From positions 25,512,995-25,576,994 of the forward strand of contig CM074523.1 of the NCBI GenBank assembly GCA_037379345.1: 64,000 nt of DNA, in the 5' to 3' direction. Shown here piece by piece: positions 40,113 to 52,088 of this stretch. The translations under genes were made by a program, and so were the position numbers. Positions within the stretch are counted from its first letter, which is position 1. The number at the start of each line of letters is the position of its first letter. Origin of the DNA: Perna viridis. Taxonomy: Eukaryota. Below the pieces are notes generated by a model. It searched no databases. It worked only from the letters and a program-made list of their open reading frames with translations, and was not told the origin of the DNA.

Positions 40113-40171
40113 TCTCTCGTCTGTGTCTGTTTTTATAGTATTTGTAAAGGTTCGGGTCCCTTGGGTCAAAC
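40113..40171 (-). CDS. Gene 2 exon (FDPRDPNLYKYYKNRHRRE)
   Basis: tttcAG/GTAAGT, phase 2-1. Confidence 0.8.
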
Positions 40172-41525
40172 CTGAAATATGCAAGTTTGTAATTATTATT
40201 TTTTTCTACTAAAATCTTTGTGAACTAACTGATTAACAGGTGGGAGATCCAGGGGGAGGTATGTTTCAAAGTAACCCCCCCCCTTTTGTGTGATAAAATT
40301 TTTAATTTCATGCTAAAGTTTGGCAAAAATGAGCCAGAAACAGGACTTTAATTTTGGCTTGGAAGCCAATGTGTATAGTTCTCAACAATCACAGCAGAAA
40401 TTTTAGTTGCCCACATTTTAGGGGCCTTGGCAAGTGGTCACTTACAAATATCAAACTCTACAGAAACGTCACTTTTTTCAGGAAGTGTCCTTAACAAAAG
40501 TTCAAGAACTGTCCTTGATTATTAGTACATGTATCAATCTGTCGAATCACGAAGTTTTAAAATTTATTTTGAAAATAGCAATGTAATAACTTATGACAAG
40601 AATATTGTGTGGAGCTATTCTGCCCTGTCATGAATTATTTTGTTCCTCCACATTGTGTAGAACACTTCGAAGAAATTGGTCACCGACAGTTTTATCATAG
40701 TTACTCATGTCTCTGAAATATAATGTAACATGAGTGGAACCCATGCTCATCTTTCAAAATTAATTAACAGTGGAAAGCGTACGTACACACGTACTACTTT
40801 TCCCGAAGTTTTGACCCCTTAATGTTCTGGTTACGATATATATTTAATTCAATTTTAAACATCTCGGGTGTTAATTTATAATTTATCTAGCAAATAAATG
40901 AAAGAAATTCAAATAATTGTGACTTTACCGGATTTTATGGCATTAAAACAAATTTGTTTTTCTTAATTATTAAATTTTAGGATAATAGCATGAAAATATA
41001 TTTTTGGAGGGCAGTTATTTATAACTGGAAATTTGCAGGCAAGGGAGGTAACAATATACGAACATCACTTATTTTAAAGCCAAGTTAAAAAAAATACTAG
41101 CTGTAGTTTTTTAGGGGGCAAACAATATAAGTACAAAATACACATTTTGTAAATGAAATGAAAATAAAATAGCTCTAATAATGAGACACTCACACTATAT
41201 ATGAAAGAGGGACTGACCGCCCTGAGAACCAAAGAAGACCTAAGTACAAAAATGTACGGTCTCACGTTTATTTTGCTGTCATCAGGAAGTTATTGAAACC
41301 TTCATATGGATAATCTTTTATTTACCTGCAATCTTTAAATGCATATTTATTTTTTTTTATGAAAAAGTTCGTTTCTGATCTAACAAAAGATCACACTTAT
41401 TATAAAATTAATGGTAGCAAACAAAATCATGTTAAAACTGAAGATTTAGATGGACATACTTAGTTAAGCTGACAAGATTAGGCCCAGCTGTACCATTATA
41501 CTAGAAAAAAAAAACTTGATATGAA

Positions 41526-41680
41526 TAGACCCTTTTGTGCTAACTGAAGGATAGTCGATGAGCATGCGTAGAGCATGCTCAATATACACTTCCGCGAGGA
41601 AAATTCTTTTGTTCTACCCAAGCCCTCTCGCGCGGAAGTGCACATTGAGCATGCTCACCAACTTACCACAAAAGAGTCTA
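41526..41680. mobile_element. MITE with TAGAC..GTCTA termini; related copy at 39830-39987
   Basis: TIR agacccttttgtg/cacaaaagagtct; absent from the paralogous site near 43345. Confidence 0.75.
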
Positions 41681-41986
41681 TAATGAATATTCCCCGAGTT
41701 ATAATTGGTATTTTTAAACGTCCGTGGTATTAAGAGAAAGTTTTGTTTTCAAATGAGATCTGACGTTCGGTATGCAGGTTTATATTGATGAGTTAAACAC
41801 AGAGGTTGAAGTTTATTGGTTGTAGAGCAAAAAAGGGGGTTGTTCCATTTCCTTTTAAATTTTAGAAAAAAGGGGGTGCTAGGAATTTTTTCTGGTTTTC
41901 TCGTCAATTTTACACCTGAAAATGACAGATTTTCCAATGAAAAAGGGGGTGTCAACACCCTGTACATCTCTGTATCCGCCACTGGA

Positions 41987-42280
41987 GTTATAGCGGTAAT
42001 CAAAAGAATGTAACCCAGGGACAAAGACCAGACATAGAACACTGACATACACAACAAAGAACATAAAGTAACTAGCATCATACATTCAAAGTAACATAAG
42101 CAAATGAGCAAGTCGGACTCCACTACAAAACTGGGAGCATGGACCAGGTGCACCGGTATGGTAAGCGTACTCCGCTTTCCTAGAAACACCCGCCGAGTTG
42201 CTCATAAAAAGTCAACTCCGGGGTAGACAAACGAGGAGAGGAAAACTATGACCTGTTGAATAAATCAGTTTTTATGGTGC
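41987..42280 (-). mobile_element. Penelope-like element 3' end fragment (shorter copies at 43903-44020, 45328-45487, 47023-47050)
   Basis: Reverse-complement match to about 10065-10345. Confidence 0.85.
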
Positions 42281-45200
42281 ATGGGGCCTTGGCAAGTGGT
42301 CACTTACAAATATCAAACTCTACAGAAACCTCACTTTTCTTCTGGAAGTGTCCTTAACAAAATTTCCAGAACTGTCCCTGATCATTAGTACATGTATCAA
42401 TCTGTCGAATCACGAAGTTTTAAAATCTATATTGAAAAAAGCAATGTAATAAATTCTGCTCTGTCATAAATTATCTTTGTTCCTCAACAATGTGTAGCAC
42501 ACTGTAAAGAATTTACCCTCCAATCATTTGATTATTGTAACACGAGTGAAACCCATGCTCGTTTTCCATAATTAATTAACAGTGGAAAGCGTACGTACTC
42601 ACGTACAACTTTTCCCGAACTTTAAAATCCACACGGCATCAAGTTACAATATATATATATTATTCAATTTTTAATACCTCGGGTGTTAATCTATAATTTA
42701 TCTGGCAAATAAATTAAAGAAATTTCAATATTTGTGACATTACTGCACTTAATAGCATTTAAACAAATTTGTTTATTTTAATTTGAAAATTGTAGGCCAA
42801 TAGCATGAAACAATATTGTTGGGGGGAAGTTATTTATAACTGGAAATTTGTAGACAAGGGAGGCAACGAAATATGAATATCTGATATTTTAAAGCCTCAC
42901 GTTAAAAAGAATATTTTTTAAATAGTTTTTTGAGGGAGCTAACAATATGAGTACAAAATACTCATTTTGTGAATGAAATGAAAATAATGTAGCTATAATA
43001 ATGAGACACTCGCATAATATATGATGAGGGCCTGACTGCCCTGAGAACCAAAGAAGACCAGAGTACAAAAATGTACGGTCTCACGTTTATTTTACTGTCA
43101 TAAAAAAAACATCAAACCTTCACATGGATAATCTTTTATTTACCTGCAATCTTTAAATGTATATTTTTTTCACTAGAAAAAGTTTGTTCCTTATCTAACA
43201 AAAGACCACACTTATTATAAAAATAACGATAGCAAACAAAATTACATGTACGTTAAAACGGTGAATATTTAGTTGGACATACTTTGTTAGGCAGACAAAA
43301 TTAAACCCAACTGGGCCATATTAGAAAAAAAAAACTTGATAGGAATAATGAATATTCCCGAAGTAGTATTATCAAACGTTCGTGGCATTAAGAGAACGTT
43401 TTGTTTTTAAATGAGATCTGATGTTCGGTATGCAGGTTAATACTGATGAGTCTAACACAGAGGTTGAAGTCCGTTCTGCATTGATTGTACACCAAAAAAA
43501 GGGGGGTGTTCCATGTCGTTTTAAAATTCAAGAAAAATGGGGTGCTGGGAAATTTTTCTGGTTTTCTTGTCATGAAAATGACAAATTTTTCGATGAAAAG
43601 GGGTGGGGTGTCAACGTCCTGCACCTCTCTGGGTCCGCCACTGGAGTTTATAGGTATAGTCCCCAGTGGGTGGGGGTAAATTGGATTAAAGACGAGCTAA
43701 GCGAGGCAAGACCATTCTTGAAGTGAAAGTGGATAAGTCTTATTATGTTTCATGTAGTGGACAGTTTCACCAATAAAAGAGTGTTCATAAAAAAATTAGA
43801 CCTTATACCAAAATAAAGAAAAAAATTCCAAGATTCTTATCAAACTTTTCTAAAATGTTTGGGCAAGAGGACAAATTTCATTTTCTTTAATTTTTCCTTC
43901 TGTAAGAGTAATCAAGGGAACCAAGGTTCTAGCGGTAATCAAAAGAAAGTAATCCAGGGACAAAGACCAGACATGGAAAACAGACATACACAACACAGAA
44001 CATATAGTAACTAAAATAATAACTGCCACTCCTGTCAAAAACTAGCGTTGTTGTTATGACCATCTATGTGATCGATTTTACTAAAACAAACGTATTACAT
44101 GTAAAATAGCTCTATCAAGGTCCTACTACTTCGCCTATACCGGTCTTCATCAAATTTGGAACCATTTTTAACAGAAAGTGCAGCGTAATTTATCAATAAC
44201 TAAACAGAGATAATTATAAATTATTACTATACAATGTACGGAATGTTTCAGGAAATTTGAGTCGGAAACTATTTTTTTCAAAACGCATTTTGAAAACGAA
44301 AAAAAATCGGGTCAGACATGTCTTATAAAAATTTCTTCGGTCCTGTAAAAATATTGTTTTTCAGTTGTCCATATAGAAGAAAAGTTCAACATATGAGACT
44401 TGGTCTGGTAATCTCTCAACTAATTCCCACATAATGCTATATATAGATGACAGTGACTATTTGAATTTTCCCTGTGTAAACAGATCTGATCATTCACGCT
44501 GTGAAACTCAAATTCAGTAATTTTATTCTAAAACTATCTCCCACACAAATGTCATGAATATCAATCATAAAATTAAGAATTAATGTAGAAAATAGCAATA
44601 AACTAGAGAGACAGTGATCAAGGTCACCAACATAATACCCCCATCTTCAAATGAAGCTAAAATATATGACATGTTATTCAATAAACTGTTTTGGAGTACA
44701 TCTATATATGATAACTAACATTCTTACAAAAGTTCATTAATTTCCCTTACGGGAAGTTACGCTGACAAGAAATGTGGACAGATAGAAACACGGACAGACA
44801 GGGTAATTAACATATACCCCCAAACTCTGTCGAATATTTCAGTCGTTATTATACACACACTGCCTGCCATTTTGAGTGGTATATACCACTCACTACCGAT
44901 CGCTACATCCTCTAAGTCGGAGAGAATCGATGACGGTAAGGGCTTGAATAATTCAAGTTACATATACCCCCAAATTCTGTCGGGGGTATTTATAATTATG
45001 AAGAAAATCGAAAGTAGCCGATATACAGAGTTGATAAACAGAAGGTAGAAGTGCAACATAGCTCAAATCGTATCCCACAGTATAAGATGTGAACTAAATA
45101 TCTAGTTGCACAGAAAAAAATGTTAAACAAGTATTTTCCTGCCCGCCTGCCTGTCATTTACCATTCTGTAAGCCGTTCTGCTCAAGAAGCATAAATTAAA

Positions 45201-46189
45201 TTGTGAATTTGTTATCATGAACAAGCAAAATTAATAATTACGTGTGCAAAGAAAGCTTGAAGACTTAACTCATGTGAGAAGCGAGTTCGGCACTCTAAAA
45301 ATTTCTGAACTTTCCTCAATGCTGAAGGAGTAATCAAGGGAACCAAGGTTATAGCGGTAATCAAAAGAATGTAATACAGGGACAAAGACCAGACATGGAA
45401 AAATGACATACACAACGAAGAATATGAAGTAACCAAAATCATATATACAACGTTGCAAAAGCAAATGAGCAACTCGGACTCCACTAAGCTCTTGAAACAT
45501 ACTGCAATGTGAACTGAATTGCTATACTGTTAATTATTAATTAGACATGAGAAGAACTCATGCTGTACGACAAAAGATATAAAATATAACGAGAATGGAT
45601 ATGGTTACTGTACGAACGTACGAGTAAACCCTCAATCTGTCAAACATGAAATTACTACATGAATTTTATTTCAATAAAAATTCTTCAGGTGTTGGTCTAA
45701 GACTCATCAGGCAAATAAATTAAAGAAAATCAATATATATGAACAAAAAACATTGTGTAGCATTTAAACAAAATTTGTTTATATTATTTGTTAAAATAAT
45801 ATGAAAAAAATATTTCTAGTGGCGATTATTTGTGACTGAAATTTTTTATAAAAGGGAGGTAACAACATTTGACTCTCTGCAAAATTTATAATTAAAAAAC
45901 GAAAATATTCATTTTATGAATGAAACGAAAACAGCTTTAATAAGGCACCCACAAAATACATATGAAAGAGCTAGGGCCTGACGGCCATGAGAACCTAAGT
46001 ACAAGTACGCATTTTCAGTTGAATTATAAATTGGTCATGAAGAAGCATAAAAATATAATTTAGCTATTTGTGCCAAGAAAGTTTCAAGTCTTAACTTATG
46101 TGGAGCAAGTTCTGCAGTCTCAAAAAATCTGAACTTTCCTCACCTGTCACCACTGATGACAATGATTCCTGGAGAATTTCTCTAGTTAA

Positions 46190-46360
46190 AATAAATAAAT
46201 CAGAAAACTCCATTAAATCATTGTTTTACCACAGGCTGGCCATTTATATCGCATTATTTTACCCTGACCGATAGCGAGGGCTTAAACGACATAAATGGCC
46301 AGCCCATGGTGGAACGATGATAAAACGGAGTTTCTATGATTTATTTCGATTCTAATAGGG
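46190..46360. repeat. Foldback element with ~60-bp imperfect arms; related copy at 1360-1495; similar architecture at 56530-56695
   Basis: ggctggccatttat / ataaatggccagcc inverted arms around gatagcgaggg. Confidence 0.6.
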
Positions 46361-49168
46361 CTGATTTCTTCATAATTTTGAAAAGACACAGCCTATGAGT
46401 TGCACGAAATGTTGGTCAAGTGTTTATGACTTTGTTTTTTTACCATGGCTGTAGTCTAAAGAGCTTTGAAGTACGTCATATTAGAATTACATGCAATACA
46501 TGATGTATATTGCAGGAAAATATCCGCTTTAAGGAAACAGATCACAAGAGTTCCCCGAGCTTATCTGACTGCTTCGAACCGAATGCAAATTAATATGTTG
46601 TTATTTTCGGCAACGTTCATTTATTGTTTTCATCCTGCAACCGCATTTGCTAAATAAAACACGCGAAATTTGTCCAAAATAGCCTTTTTTTCAGCAATCT
46701 TTAGAGCGCGGCGGTCTGCGGGGGTACTTAAGTTCAATGGGTACATTTGTATGTGCAGATGTGCGGCACATATCGGTCTACTTATTAGCAAAATACCGGT
46801 GAACTTAAATAAAACTTATAAAAACGATTATGAATGCCAATTGCAAAGAATACCTAGATTTGGGGAGTGAGTGCAGAACTTGTTCTGTGCACGAGTGAAT
46901 TTCTACTAGCATTCTCGGCACTCAATATTTTAATTTGATAATTTGCAATTCGTGATAGTTTTTTCCAATTTATTTATTTTGATAAATTTTCTCAAAAATG
47001 TACTACTACTTTTGATTTCAGCTAGAAACTTGGTTCCCTTGATTACCCTTTCTCTTCACGATATTGTCTCTGCACACCTCTTAATGCTACTTGGTCACAA
47101 GCTGTTTTAATTACCAAATTTTACGAGCAAAATCTGTAAAATCCAGAACTTCGTGCGATGTTAACATAAAATCAAAGTACTCGTGTACTGAATCAATTTA
47201 TATCGATCGCTTGAATTTTTACGCCTCGACTAACCGTCAAATTGCAAAAATATGGGATGAAAGCAGGGACAAAAGGAAAGTACATGGACCGATTTAAATG
47301 GTTAATATTGAACTCTGATTTTTTAATACACCATTCTGATTATGAAGGACATTTAATAAACACAACAAAATTCGCGATGCATCGTAGCATGCAGTGCACC
47401 AGCTAGCGAAATATTCAGGTTCGATGATGGTTTATATGGAACACCAAGATGAGTTCATACAAAACATCCAACATACTGCATAATTGAACTACAAACTAAT
47501 AGTTGGCCTTTCCCAGTTCCTAAATTTTCAATTCGAAATTCAATTTAAAGATCTTCAGATCGAAACTGTCTGTCATATCATTCAAACTTATGCCTAAATC
47601 ATTGAAATAAACCATGCCCTACCTGTCCCTCTCAACTAGCTACATCTCTCAGTTGATAAGCTATATAGCTCAAATCGTACAAGTTCTTCCCCTGCCTTTC
47701 TAGAAACAGCAGCCGTAATAGTTCCCATAAGATTGGTTTTCAACACAATATAATGTTAATAATTTTTTGAAACTGAAAATTGATACCAGCAGATATGTTC
47801 CATTGACAGAATCCACGAAAATGAGCTACACCAAAACTTTACTGTATATGTTTACTGTACTTTCAGGCATGATGAATCACTCTTTGAAAGCTTAAGGAGG
47901 TAGACCTTTGGTAAGGAACATTACTCATGAAATCAGTGATATGGTTGTATTATATTCAATTTCACAAAAATGGCTGGGTTGAGTAGAAATATTTAAAAAT
48001 ACATAAAGTCTGTTAACATGAAGTAAAAGTGCAACATGTCAATACTTAAGTAGCTGTCTTTGTAAGAATCATGCAAAATCTGAAAAATGTGACACACCCC
48101 AAAATAGGCTACATATTTTTATTTTTGTATTTAAGTTGTTTTATGGGTCTATATCATGAAATGTGTAATCATGCATTCCAATCTGTCTGCTGGTAGGAGA
48201 TAATCAACATCGAAAATCAAATAGATTCTGTTGTATTTGGGGGTCGTTTACAGAGTTATCTCCCTTAATTTTTTAAATTTACAGTGCGTTCTATATAATT
48301 TTTATCTCCGAAGAACATGGATTATATGAAAAATCGAATGTTAATTTCTGTTTAGTATGGCAATTCAAACAAAATATCAAAAATAAAAATATGTAGGTTT
48401 TTCAGCCATGAATCACATTTTGCATGGGTTTTAGCTGGAGTGCTACTTAAGTTGTGTACCAAATATCTAGTGGCTGTGATTCATAGTTGCTGAGAAAAAA
48501 TCTTATCAAAATATTTTCCCAACACACTGCCAAACCCACATTCACCATTCTGTAAGGCCATTTGCACGGGTGTTATCTGATTTTCCTTTGATGCAAATTT
48601 CATGCAACCCAAGATAAAAAAAGTCTTCAATTTATGCACAATATTAGATGACTCTGCTTTTAGTAAATGCAAAGTAAGACAACTCTTTTATTCATGCAAA
48701 GTAAGTTAGATAGCTCTGTGTTACTACACTTCTGTCCAAAATATTTTAGCAGCATTACCTTTTATGTTAACCAAACTAAGGTATAAGGGTGTGACCACAC
48801 TCAGTTATATCATTCAAATAAAATTGAATATATTTTAGTTATTACATTACATTCCATACAAAGTTAGATAACTCTTAGTGAACTTTGTTACTTCACTCCT
48901 TTCCAAATATGGTAGCAACAATACCTTTTATGTAACCAAATTTACTAAATTAATTTATCATTCAAACAAGATAAGATGTGTTTTTGTTACTCTACTACAT
49001 TACATGCTAAGTTAGATTACTGAAGGTTACAGTCATATTACATCCAAGCCAAATTAGATTACACTAGATTACAAGAACACCACATTCCATGCCAAGTTAG
49101 AAAACTCTAGATTACTACACTACATTGCATGCTAAGTTAGATAACTATAGATTACAACTACACTACAT

Positions 49169-49637
49169 TGGTCTCACTTACAACTTCTGTCGTCAAATTG
49201 CCACCCCTCCTAATATACATGCAGTATCAGAAACTCACTGAACATAGATTTATACATTGTAAGAGTATTATCTGTGTGTAAGTTGATCAAATGTAGTCAA
49301 AATAAAGCCGAGAATGTGTACTTTAAAATCTAATTTGTCATTTACTACAAAAGAATATGAATATTATGTGTGAGTGATTTGCCTTCATGATGTCAGTATA
49401 AGCAGAAAAGGCAAAAATGTGGATTTTCAGTATTATTTATTAAGTCAATTTTGTAAAAAATTTCAAAAATCATCGTACCATTAGCATAATGATTTTGAAA
49501 GCTTTATTTTCAAAGCTTCACAATGGTATGCAACATTAAGATATAATTTGTCCCAGTAGGTAGAATTCACAGTGAAAATTTGGAAATTACTTTCTTACAT
49601 CATATAATAGGAACATTAGAAGTGGTAAGTGAGACCA
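49169..49637. mobile_element. MITE (TIR TGGTCTCACTTAC.ACTTCT) inserted in a degenerate ~40-bp tandem repeat (48680-49680)
   Basis: Inverted termini; the repeat catgccaagttagataactctag resumes on both sides. Confidence 0.65.
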
Positions 49638-49685
49638 CTGCATGCCAAGTTAGATAACTCTAGGTTACTACTACACTCCTCCTAC

Positions 49686-49802
49686 CTATCTCCTTCCTCA
49701 CTACTATAAGTAGTATCCTCACGTTGGCTAGGATGTAGAATTGGTTCATCTCGAGTAAGAAATCCTTGTCGTGGGAGGTTTGATGAGTCAACCTCATCAC
49801 TC
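49686..49802 (-). CDS. Gene 2 exon (SDEVDSSNLPRQGFLTRDEPILHPSQRED..)
   Basis: gaAG/GTAGGA, phase 2-2. Confidence 0.7.
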
Positions 49803-50317
49803 CTTCATTAGAAGTAAAATCAGTCATTGATTTTTTTTCAGTTCTATATACATGTCATAAAAGAATCAGGTAAATTTTGATACAGGTATGGTTTTCAAAA
49901 ATCTATCTTTGGGAGGGATATTTTGTATGATTCATACATGGAAGGTACTGTAAAAGGATACCTAAAATGGACGTTGATGAGTTGTTGGGAGTTGGGTATC
50001 TCGACCAACACACCAGGTTTTTCAACAAAAGCTTTGACCCTTGACCTAGGTTCATGTTAATGGTTTTTGATGTATTTGAATCTTCCCACGCTTTGGCATT
50101 TTTTTTTGCCAATACAGTCCACCCGCCTTATACCGCCCCTCTTTTATGGTGGTCCCTCTTTTTAAAGGTTCTTTTTTCCAAAATTACTACAGTTTCTATA
50201 TAAATATTTCCTTTATTTATTGCCACACTTACATATCACCAAAATTTGGCCTGGTCCCAAAGGTAGCGATATATTGAGGTGCACTGTACATAGTTGCACA
50301 ACTTTTCAGTTTTGCAA

Positions 50318-50775
50318 GATTGATTGATTGATTGTTTGTAGTTCTCTGTCCTAAAACAAATTTTACATGCATTTCATAAGAACAGATGCCTAGTTGAACA
50401 GATCCTGCTTTGTACTAGTCAAACATGCTGAACAGGATTTTTCATGTGATGGCTCAAGGAAACAACAGCCCACAAGTAGTCATTTAATATAACTCAGACA
50501 CATCACTATGATGCTCAGGGCAAACGATCGCCACTCTATCTTCTAAATGCAGAATGCTTGGTGGAGATTGAAACTGACTATCAATTTTAAAGCTCCGGTA
50601 CAGACATGATTTTTCGAGGTCCACAAACAAAGTAGAAATTGACAAAATCTGAAGTAAATATACAGTAAAAAAAGAATTGTAACGGTAAAATTAGGATTGG
50701 AAATAGCGGAATTCCGCTAAAAAGCGGAAAAAAATCATGTCTGTTGGTATGGCAAGACTAGGAATCAAACACATA
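50318..50775 (-). mobile_element. Degenerate SINE with (CAAT)n tail, interrupted by a MITE at 50601-50743 (CAGACATGATTTT TIR; related fragment at 23373-23480)
   Basis: gctttgtactagtcaaacatgctga core, tail microsatellite, nested TIR element. Confidence 0.55.
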
Positions 50776-50792
50776 TTACCATATTATTATCA

Positions 50793-50950
50793 AATGAATC
50801 AAGCAACATACGATTACCCTATGCTTATATGAATCAAGCAACATATGATTACCCTATGCTTATATGAATCAAGCAAATAAGATTACCATATGCTTATCAT
50901 ATGAATCAAGCAAATAAGATTACCATATGCTTATCATATGAATCATGCAA
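50793..50950. repeat. Tandem repeat, 32-35-bp unit, ~5 copies
   Basis: atatgaatcaagcaacatatgattaccctatgctt. Confidence 0.9.
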
Positions 50951-51047
50951 CATGTGATCATCATGTTTGGCACTTTTGGCTGAAATGTAACAAAAAATAT
51001 AGAACTTGTTATGTTTTCATGTGAATCTTCGACAAATTTCAACTTAC

Positions 51048-51116
51048 CTAAAGTTGAATCCACCACTCCCTCCCGACTTGCAAGATCTATCTGTTAACTG
51101 TCCATCTGTTTTTGTT
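51048..51116 (-). CDS. Gene 2 exon (TKTDGQLTDRSCKSGGSGGFNF)
   Basis: tttcAG/GTAAGT, phase 2-2. Confidence 0.8.
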
Positions 51117-51829
51117 CTGAAAGAATATCGTGATTTGAAATAAAAGAGAACACTTCCGCTATATACAAATTTGCCAACTCCAAAGAGATTGGAGACTTAA
51201 CACAATTCTACTGAAACAAAATTCTGTTGAAAAAGATAATGACCAAACATGTATCATATGCAAAAATCTGAAAAGTATTTAAACACTTACTTCATGTACC
51301 AGTTTCTTAAATTGACATTATTTGGATAAAAATTATCTTTTTTTATCAAACAACAACCCAAAAATAGCAGCTAAAACCAACCATCCCAACGACTTAAGAT
51401 ACAAAACAGTGCTAAAAGTAGGCAAATTTCAAACATAAAAAATAATACGAAATAAAACTATTCAAAACTTACTCGTTGAATCTTTGTGTACTTGTCAACA
51501 TTATTATTATTATTAACACCTGTATAACCTGATACCTTTCACAGATTGATTAAAAACAAAAGATAAAAGTTTGCACCTGGACGAGCCTTTAGAGAAGTAA
51601 TGGATACATTACAATACAAAATAGTGAAAGAAAATCTGGTTTAAAGACAAGTGTACCTGATATTTTATAGGGACTACAATAACTATTTTATTTTTTATGG
51701 GAATTGAGTGGGGGTGTTAAGAGTGTTGGAAGAATATACAGTAGGAGTAATACCATTTATAGTTAATAATCACCTGAAGTTTTAAAAGTACCACATTGAC
51801 CTTTTTTTATTTTTAAAATTCTCTTTTTT

Positions 51830-52088
51830 GCAAATTAAATGCCTAAATTAGCACTCCTAAACCCATAGTTTATATGGTATTACTAGTTCTTCCTACACTC
51901 CCCCCCCCCCCCAAACACACACACACAAAAAAGTTTGTTTGTTTGCTTGTTGGGGTTTAACGTCCCAACAAACAAACAAACAAACACACTTTTGTGTGTG
52001 TGTGTGTGTTTGGGGGGGAGTGTAGGAAGAACTAGTAATACCATATAAACTATGGGTTTAGGAGTGCTAATTTAGGCATTTAATTTGC
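51830..52088. repeat. Long near-perfect palindrome (~260 bp)
   Basis: Outer ~70-bp arms are exact reverse complements, followed by mirrored C/G, CA/TG and GTTT/AAAC runs. Confidence 0.95.

Larger units (their letters stand above)
40421..43648. repeat. Local direct segmental duplication (40421-41989 vs 42283-43648); third partial copy at ~45750-46010
   Basis: Both copies start ggggccttggcaagtggtcacttacaaatatc and end ccgccactggagtt, and are collinear in between. Confidence 0.92.

Noticed and set aside
46144-46168. Possible 25-nt exon with CAG|GTGAGG donor
   Set aside because: Not a multiple of 3, and it has a stop in the required phase.
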